From positions 32,116,001 through 32,180,000 of the forward strand of contig NC_043009.1 of assembly GCF_006345805.1 (NCBI RefSeq): a DNA stretch of 64,000 nucleotides, written 5' to 3'. The notes under the pieces are model-generated. The model was not told the origin of the DNA. It saw nothing but the letters and a program-made list of their open reading frames with translations, and did no database searches. Shown here piece after piece: positions 54,825 to 64,000 of the stretch. The translations under genes and the position numbers were made by a program. Numbering within the stretch: the first letter of the stretch is position 1; every line of letters starts with the position of its first letter. This DNA comes from Octopus sinensis. Its lineage: Eukaryota.

Positions 54825-55339
54825 ATAAAGGTGATGGTTCTAATTAAACTTCAAATGAATGTAAACAGGTTTATTAATATGATTAAAATAAGAATAATTA
54901 AGAAAACAGACATTGTTTATTGATATAATTAAAATGAGAACAATTAAGATACAAGTAATTCTTAATTAATGTGATTCCTGTAAATGAAGACCAGCAGCAA
55001 GTTTTGCAAAATTTTTGGTTCTGCTGTCATAAATCCCCACACTTTATTCTATTCGTTTAGTTTCTGTTCTTGAGCCAAATTTGGGTTACTGTACTAAAAC
55101 CTCTGTTTGTTAAAAAGAAAGATGAGAATGCAATAAAATGCGATAGATCTCATTCTGCATTGCGCCATATTTCGTACATGCCTCGGCATTTAAAAAACCG
55201 TATCTTTAATATATTTTCATTCGTAATATGATAAGAGACTCCTGTAACTCAAAATACGGTCCTAATTTGTTCACGAATGGGTTCTTCACCCAGACAGAAG
55301 CATATGCTATTAAACCTTGTCACGAAATCATTCTTTAAC

Positions 55340-55546
55340 TGTTGTAAAGCGTGCCGGATAAAATACATAGCCGCATTTAGTCCATCTTTACTCTCTGAGA
55401 GCAAACTCCACCGAGATCGATTTTGCCTTTTATCTTTCGACGTCTATAAAATAAGTACCAGTTAACCAGTGGGATTGATGTCATTGAGTTACCTCCTCCT
55501 ACCAACATTTTAGGCCTTGTGCCTATAGTAGAAAAGATTATTATGA
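55340..55546 (+). mobile_element. SINE family B, diverged
   Basis: GATCGATTTTGCCTTTTATCTTTC..ATAAAATAAGTACCAGT..GGCCTTGTGCCTATAGTAGAAAAGATTATT. Confidence 0.75.
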
Positions 55547-56062
55547 GACACTTTATCTATCATTTCAATACGAATGTTGTAAAGTTAGAAGGAGCGATTC
55601 TAGTAAAAAACCATTTCACAACCAAAGAAGTGTGAAATGGTTTTTCACAGTCAAAGAAGCAATCGTTCAAAACCGCTGAAATAATCGAATGGTGAATATC
55701 TTAGTTGTGATTTTGTTAACAGCGTAAATTATATAAATTTGGTTTGAAGAAAGATTCTGAGTCGGCCAGTCTTTTAATGACAAGGTGTTGGCGAGGAATC
55801 ACTTTGAATTGTGAATATATTAGGTATTTCTTTTGACATATATGGTACCAAACCAACTTAATATCCTCTCATAGATGGTACACGGCCATCAGTAATGCAC
55901 CGTGTAATACTGTTGCAAGAAAACTTTATTATATTACTATTATAATCGAAAATTTGTCTCTTTGCATATTTCCAACGATTTATAGAGAAATTATTTTTTC
56001 AATTTATTTTTGTCTTTCACAAAACACCCAGAGGCCATCAATAAAAGCTCTTTGCCTCGTTC

Positions 56063-56204
56063 AGTCCTTTCGAGTTTCATACAGAACCGGCTTTCGGTAT
56101 CCTCCTTCATTCATAAATCCGGCAAGATACAGTATAATTACTGCACGGGACCGACTTGAAATTATCTTTATCTAGTTTAAGGAGTGTGAAAAGAATATCA
56201 AGAG
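56063..56204 (+). other. Candidate non-coding first exon
   Basis: Inr TCAGTC at 56061, AATAAAAG about 24 nt upstream, donor AAGAG|GTAAGA at 56204/56205. Confidence 0.25.
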
Positions 56205-57845
56205 GTAAGAGTATTATTAGTGCCTCCCAAATTGTGCGTGGTTTTCAGCATTTTGCTTTTTATTGTGGCATCTTACAAGAAGCAATGAGGCAATTGTTAA
56301 TTTTCGGTTTGGCTTTTGAAATATATCTAAAGTCTGGCGTCTTTCAACTCACCCGCTTCGTCTTTTCTAGCTTTAATCTATTATCCACACCTTTCCAGTT
56401 GCTTTTTCGTAAATTGCTCTCTTAGACGTAATAGTTTCACAGTTTCTTTAGATCAGACAGTGTTACAGAAAAGACACACAGGTCGTCAATATTCTGAACG
56501 TAGATCAATAAATCCCATATTTCTATTGGTGATATATATTGCTGACCTTTCTTTCTTCTTTCCTTGTATGTTTGTTTCCTTTTCATTTTTGTTTCTTTCT
56601 CATAATGGTAAAAAATAATATTTAAAAAATAACATAAAAGATTTAAAAGCAAAATCTTGATAAACGATATTAAAACAAAATAGTTTTTGATAAAAATAAA
56701 TCTGAAAAGTTTTGAAAAATCTAAGTTTGATATAAAAAAATGTCAAACTGAAATTATATGGAACAATAAATATGATGACATGTAAAAAAAAACGTTGTCT
56801 GGAAAAACATATATACATTTTTATTTGGGATTTTACAAGGCATAAAGTGTTTTGAGTACATTGAAAAGAGACGGCATGTGAAACATTCGTCTTTAAAATG
56901 TGTTACGAGCACAGAAGTAAACAACTAAAAGCGAAAGTCTATTCGATTGCAACGTCATAGAAAAGAAAAAAAAAACATGCATTCCGAAGGGCATTTACTT
57001 TATCCTATTCACTTTATCCGTCTCGTACGTATAAATTCTATGAGGGGTGGGGACACATTGTACTTTCTTATTCATCTGTTATAACAAGTAACAATTGCTA
57101 AGAATCCAATGCTTGCATTCAGATCAAACTTCAACTTTCAACATTCACTTTACACGTGACCTGTTTTTTTTTTCATTACAAAATGGTGGCTGCCAGCTTT
57201 CAAATAAGGTTTACCGAGGTTAGAATCTGTTTGTGTGTAAAATGAAATAACAAAAAAAAATATTGAATTACTGGAGACGTTATTGAGTTACAATATCATG
57301 AAGAAAAAAAGAATGACATTTGAAAATGAAGGTAAGTGTGAAATGCGGTTACAATGCTGTATGAAATCCCCTTATTGTGGAATAAAGCCAAGATACTTTT
57401 ATGGCTTTTCCATCATCATAACAGAGAAAGGTTATAGCACAGTAACACACATTTTGACCGATAATAGAAATCGACTGGAAATAGTGCAGGGTGACGAATG
57501 AGGACCTCGTTTATCAAAGTTGACGTGAAATATGGAAGAAAACTTGCTTCTGGTTATCAACGACAGAGATTCTAAATCACAAGTAAATGATGCTTTCTTT
57601 CCTAATTGTTCTTATCTTAATTATATTAATAAGCAATCTAAATTATGACAGCAATAGGATTTCAGATTCAGTTTCACTGCGCAGTATCTTGAGCAAGAAT
57701 CTCCTATGACAGCATCGAACTGACAAATGGCAAATGAATTTGATAGAATAGATGAGGAATGATGCCAGCCAATGTATGTATGAGTATTTTATGTGTGTGT
57801 GTGTGTGTGTGTGTCTATATATATATATATGTGTGTGTGTGTGTC

Positions 57846-57878
<33 letters not shown>

Positions 57879-57896
57879 TTGTGTGTGTATGTATAT

Positions 57897-58286
57897 TCTT
57901 TTATCCTTTTACTTGTTTCAGTTACTTGAGTACAGCCATGCTGGAGCACTACCTTGAAGGATTTTAGTCTTTGTAAGCATAGTACTTATGCTATGGGTAT
58001 CTTTGGCCGAACTGCTAAGTTACGGGTACGTAGACACACCAACGTCGGTTGTCAAGTGATGGTAGGGTTAACAAACATAGACACAAAGACACACACATGC
58101 ACACACACATATAAATATATATATACATGACGGGCTTCTTTCAGTTTCCATCTACCAAATCCACACACTAGTTTTGGCCGGCCCAAGGCAATAGTAGAAG
58201 ACACCTGCACAAGGTGCTACACAATGGGAGTGAACCTAGAACCATGTGGTTTGGAAGCAAGTTCTTACCACACAGCCACGCCTGCT

Positions 58287-58288
<2 letters not shown>
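57897..58288 (-). mobile_element. SINE family A, full length, nested antisense
   Basis: Reverse complement of the consensus. Confidence 0.88.
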
Positions 58289-58332
<44 letters not shown>

Positions 58333-58335
58333 ATA

Positions 58336-58556
58336 GTTAATTCAAACATGAAAACACAAAGAGAAAACACAACGCGAGGACGTGGAACAAGTATAGTGTT
58401 ATTGGACGCTCAGGAAAGAAAAGAAAGAAGGAGGATTTAACGTTTCGAGCGGAGCTCTTCGTCAGAAACATAGGAAAAGGAAAGATCCAAGGAAGGGAAG
58501 ACAGAGGAAAGAAAATCGCCAACGATACACACGCGGTCATATTTTGAATGACCGGA
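58336..58556 (-). mobile_element. Short PLE-derived repeat (hammerhead family 2)
   Basis: Same layout as family 1: pyrimidine tract, ribozyme, TTCCTGAGCGTC, then ..AACTATATAT into (TA)n. Confidence 0.65.
58435..58470 (-). ncRNA. Minimal type I hammerhead ribozyme motif with intact core
   Basis: Minus strand: GUUU-CUGACGA-A-GAGC(UCC)GCUC-GAAA-CG-UU^AAAU. Confidence 0.72.
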
Positions 58557-60134
58557 AGGGAATGGGTGAAGAAAAAGTTCTTTCAAAGACAGGAGAGTGC
58601 AAGAGAAGGAGGTATGTGTGTGTATGTGTGATACATATACATATACATATACATACATATATATATATATACACATATTTTATATTTATATACATATAAA
58701 TACATATACCCGTATGTGTGTGCAAGTGTGTTTGTGATTATACCCTCACGACTTTACAGCCGGTGTTGGAGTTTTTACGCGCCTGTCACTTAGCGGTTTG
58801 CAAAGAGCCTAGTAGATTAGGTACTAGGCTTAAAAATAAGTCCTGGAGTCGGTATGTTTGACTAACCCTTGAAGGCCGTGCTCTAGTATGGTCGCAGTCC
58901 AACGATTGCAACAATTAAAAGAGTAATATCTACTATTCTAATTATTCGTGTTTCCATCAAACTAACAGTGTACCATTAAACTATTTATTTATCTAGTTTT
59001 CTAGTGAGTCCACCATATGCTTGAAGCTCATGAAGTGCAATTTCTGCTTCAAAACAATTGTTGCTGATTTAAACTGAAGCATTTGTTGTAACAAGAAACA
59101 ATTGCTGAGAACTGAATTGTTCTGTGTAAGTTCAAACGTCAACTACAATATTGGAGGGCGTAAGTTTCCACGTGACTTCTTTTATAACAAATGATAGTCG
59201 CCACGTTTTAAAACCAAAGTTTACCGTAAAGCTCTTGGAGTGGAAATGGCAACAATAATCTCGTAACATGACTAAAGAGCCTTTCAGAGCCCCTGTAATA
59301 AATTTCCTTCATGGCTCTTAAAACCCTCCTAGAAAACAGTATGGATTTCTTTGAGAAATGCGTATTAACATGTAGTCAGATAGTCAGGTTCAATAACAAA
59401 AGCACGAATTTAACACTAAACCTATTCGTTATAATTGTTAAACGTACGCTTTATAATAATATTTTAAACAAGGTTCGTCTTACCGAATCAACTATTTTAA
59501 ATACAATACGGTAACTAGCTCTGTCTTAAGACTTGTTTATTTTTGTTTTGCCTCTTTACAATATCGTTTATAACGCATACATATATACTATTCCTAGGGT
59601 AAATTCTCTTGAACCAAAAATGAAAGTGAAAGTATAGTAAAGGAAAGAGATTTTTCACTGAGATATTTTCAAGACATTCAATATTCAACAAAGATACAAA
59701 GGTTGATATTAGCCATTCTTAATTCAGAATTCTGGACTTTTCTTCTATTAATTTCAAACAATAACCACCGTAATCTTTTCGTTCCAATACATATCTTTCA
59801 TATGATAACATTGCCCTGATGCAAACCGGATGATAACACCACAGACTTTAGAAAAATAACATTACAAATGACTTATTATTGGAAAATATCTAATCAAAAC
59901 ATGAAGACAGTAAGCTTGAGTCAAAGGAAATGGGGAAATAGCTGACTCTTTTCAAGTATTGGACATTCACCATAATGCTGTAGCTTCAGTATATATAAAC
60001 TCTAGTATGAAGTTTCGGTATTTATATTATCGAAAACTATTTATCGAATCGCAAGGTTACGTGTTGACATAATTCGACGCAATTGTTTAGAACGGTAGAT
60101 TTTAACATTCACACAGACACACAGATATACACAT

Positions 60135-60490
<356 letters not shown>

Positions 60491-60555
60491 TACATACATA
60501 CTTACATAAAACAAATCTTACAAATCTGGACACACACACATATATACACACATTC

Positions 60556-60652
60556 AATACCCTTATGATGTTGAAATTCCAATGTAGATCCTTTGGATCT
60601 AGGTTAGAAACCGGCTCCTTCTCTGTTGGCAAGAAATTTTGAAATAAAACTG
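60556..60652 (-). repeat. Second copy of the repeat at 124-224
   Basis: Reverse-complement match. Confidence 0.6.
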
Positions 60653-61114
60653 ATTAATGACATACATATATACATGTGTCCGTACGTACACACACACATA
60701 CACATACATCAATAAACATACATGTATGTATGCAAAAGAGAGGAAGGGAGTGTAGGTTAAAAGAAAGTGGGTGAGAGAGATACAATAATCCGATTATGCG
60801 ATCGAAGAACTCCACTATGAAAGAGCTGATAACTTGAAGACACAGTGCGTATGTTACAGTTCAGATTCCCTTACAAAATGGTTGATATATTTTAACTTTT
60901 TTCTAATCTACATATCCAGTTGTCTAACTAAATACAAGTATGACGATCCGCACTTCAATATCACAGTGGTTCATGCATTTTATATTCAATCATCAGTTGG
61001 GGGAGGGGAATGTCTTTTTGTCATATATATCTTAGCAAGCTGTGATAACGCGTTTGTGCTGAAAAAAAAAAACGGTTGATCTTGCAACTTATAAGGCTGA
61101 TTATTTCAAGGCTT

Positions 61115-61330
61115 AAGACGATGAATTGACACAATCGTTAGCACGCCGGACAAAAAGCTTAAAGGCATTTCGTCCGTCTTTATGTTCTGGTTCAAATTCC
61201 GTCGAGGTTGATTTTTGCCTTTTATCATTTCGAGGACTATGAAATATGTACAAGTTGCTCACAGAGTTTGATATAATCTGTTTGCCATTCCCCCAAATCC
61301 CAGGTCTTGTGTCTATAGTAGAAAGCATTA
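61115..61330 (+). mobile_element. SINE family B, diverged
   Basis: CGTTAGCACGCCGGAC..GGTTCAAATTCCGTCGAGGTTGATTTTTGCCTTT..GTGTCTATAGTAGAAAG. Confidence 0.8.
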
Positions 61331-61960
61331 CCTTAAGGCTTAAAAAATATTCTCATTCTTATATGAATTTCGTTTTAAATTTGATCATGAGTGAAATTTT
61401 GCCTTATTGCTGCTCAATGTGGGTGTTTAAGTGGCTAGAAAGAGTAGTCAATTCTTCTTTAATCCACGATTTATATCTTAAAACTGAAATGATTACTAGT
61501 CCTTGAATACTAAGTCTGAATAAAAAAGATGGGACTGCCACAGATGAAAAAACTTTGACTATAGACCAGCTTGCTGGGAGATGACCTGGAACTAAACAAC
61601 GAAAACGAAAACAACAGTCGTTCAGCAAAAACTGCAGAGCAATCTCGGATTTCTTGAGACTACAATGTATGTATGTATGTATGTATGTATGTACGCATTT
61701 TGCTCCTTGTATTTAAATCCCACCGTGGTAAACTTTGTCGTTCGTCTGTAAGGATTCGGTAAAGTGACAGTAAACTGCTGGGTTCGATCGTTTTTTTCTA
61801 CTTCTTTCTTCCTCCTGTTCAGTTTACACCATCAGAATGGTCATGGTAGATCCCTCACAGAAATGTTTTGCTGAATGATAAGTTCACAGCCACTTTTCAT
61901 GGAAGACGAAAACGAATGTACTACGAGACCATCCAAAAACAAACGGCATGGAAAGGAAGC

Positions 61961-61964
<4 letters not shown>

Positions 61965-61991
<27 letters not shown>

Positions 61992-62228
61992 AGAAGAAGA
62001 AGAAAAAAAGAAGAAGAAGAAGAAGAAGAAGAAGAAGAAGAAAAAGAAAAGGAAGAAGAAGAAGAAGAAAAAGAAGAAGAAAAAGAAAAAGAAGAAGAAG
62101 AAAAATAAGAAAAAGAAGAAGAAGAAGAAGAAGAAGAAGAAAAAGAAGAAGAAGAAGAAAAAGAAGAAGAAAAAGAAGAAAAAGAAGAAAAAGAAGAAGA
62201 AGAAGAAGCAGAAGAAGAAGAAGAAGAA
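61965..62228. repeat. (AAAG)/(AAG)n purine array
   Basis: Direct inspection. Confidence 0.95.
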
Positions 62229-64000
62229 TGCAGTGGAACCAGCAATATTACCATTATTTCTATCTTCCACATAATTGTCCTTGTTGGTGTCGCTATTATC
62301 ATTTATGGTGCTAGACTTTCTCCTCAGAATTTACATTAAGCTCCAGTATTTATTCTCTTAAATTAACAATTAAGTAAACAAATTAATTATTCATTTATTT
62401 TATTCACTAAATTAAACAGATCAGTGTAAAAAAGAAAACGTACCTAAAAAACACTCTTTAGACTCATCATTATCTTAAATTAAATATTAATTAAACAAAT
62501 CAATAATTTATTTTCTGTTATCAAATAAAACAACGATCAATATCAAATTTATTATCAAACTGAACAGTTTTGATTCTTCTTCTTCTCATTTATCTTATAG
62601 AGAAGCAGACCAACAAAATATACCTTTAAAGAAAATGTTGGTCGAAGAAAACTAATAACGTGCCAAAAATAACAGAGGATTTGTGAGCGTAAATTTGAAA
62701 TATTAAAAACAATAGCAATAAGTGAAGTTAAAACAGATGAATGATTAATATTGGCTAATTCTGCAAAATCTAAGACTCACTTTGCGGGAAGCCACTACAG
62801 GGTCACTTGATCTGTTTGTTATAGCAACCAAATCTCCCTCAAATTAACGCACAGTCTCACACTTTCATTAAAGAAAGAATATAAATGATAATGTAAGGCA
62901 ACATAAACACTATAAATAGGATGGTCATGACTGGACTTCCTTTGATTGTATGTTGCCATATATTTAGACGAGTGTATCACTGAGGCAGGTATCAATGCTT
63001 CAAAGGCAACGACCATTTTTATGTTATTTTAGCTGTTTCTTTTTGAAACAGCGCAATAATAGACATGAGAATTATAATCTTTTTAACAAGTAACATATTC
63101 TATCATAAACAGTCTATTTACTTCACAAAAAGTTAGAATCCAAAAAAACAAATTTGATGGCAAGAAAAGAAATGTCATTGGAAAAAAATTATTACGAAAT
63201 TGCACTTTATGTTTCTGCACATTCTGGGACTTCCATATTTATTAAATTCCTAAAGGTTAAATATTTCTGCTTGAGAGATTAATATATTTCCAGGCTTGTT
63301 TTCGTACTTAGCCACACAACTAATCTTAAAGAATACAGGTTAACTAAAACAATGCTAAATGCATTCAGGATGTAAGAACATCTAAAACGTGTTGATAGAA
63401 CTTGAATTGTTGTCATCTGATTAGAATAATCTTGCAATGATCCATGTCTGCTGCACATGGTAAGATCTGAATATGTTATATAATGAGTTGAAAAAATTCT
63501 TGATTAATTGAAATTTTCCCTTCAATAAGTGACGGTACACAATGGTAATTTTGCTTTCACATCCAGAAGGGTGCTCCTACTACAGTACCGCATCCTAGAC
63601 TGCCTCAAAAAAGTCACTCTAGTGACTGGCATTAAACCACTCACAGACACATTCCAGCTTCTGGCATACAGTTATGTTGTCTTTCATTTTACATTTTCTC
63701 TTCCGACAATGATGGCCCCAATTCCTCAGTACTGGTTGATTTCACTACCTCTTGTCAAATTTATTGCGTCCAAATCATAGGTATTGTACTAATCACTAGA
63801 ACTCCCTGCATTAGAAATCAGTGCATCAGGAGCCAGTTATTCTAAATTACAAAAAACAAAAAAGATTCTGCGCCCTGTTAAATACAACCAAATATCCGAA
63901 GGTTGACAGTATATCTGTAAATGGCAGAAATTTATTTAGTTGTGTATGTGCATATAAACATGTATAGACTCATGCCTACACACGTGTATACACTGGTGTG

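Larger units (their letters stand above)
57655..58926 (+). mobile_element. Old SINE family A split into 5' half (about 57655-57772) and 3' half (about 58725-58926) by nested elements
   Basis: TTCAGTTTCACTGCGCAGTATCTTGAGCAAG and ACTTAGCGGTTTGCAAAGAG..GTGCTCTAGTATGG are collinear. Confidence 0.6.

Noticed and set aside
59003-59126. Segment bounded by TTTTCTAG and GTAAGT
   Set aside because: All three frames contain stops; it could only be a non-coding exon and has no other support.
61841-62314. Poly-Lys, poly-Glu, poly-Arg and poly-Ser ORFs
   Set aside because: (AAG)n microsatellite.

Overview
AT-rich, microsatellite-saturated animal genomic DNA. The SINE families, LINE complement and repeat density point to an octopus (coleoid cephalopod) genome, intronic or intergenic; this is an inference from repeat content. 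No host protein-coding gene is recognisable, and nearly all ORFs in the track are translations of (TA)n, (TG)n, (GAT)n, (TAA)n, (TATC)n or (AAG)n repeats. Supported features: many copies of three tRNA-derived SINE families; two 5'-truncated R4/Dong-clade LINEs, each inside a (TAA)n array; two RTE LINE fragments, one ending in three C2H2-like fingers; a mariner fragment; two TTAA-flanked piggyBac-type MITEs; and Penelope-like (PLE) fragments with a GIY-YIG domain. The main unexplained signal is a set of minimal type I hammerhead ribozyme motifs from about four small PLE-derived repeat families. The best-preserved copies (58.4 kb, 14.8 kb) show an extra A after CUGANGA and a self-complementary ACGU stem III. 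Several of these elements lie in the internal microsatellite of one SINE family or in fold-back arrangements. A few splice-bounded candidate exons and core promoters at 47.7-57.3 kb are reported at low confidence.
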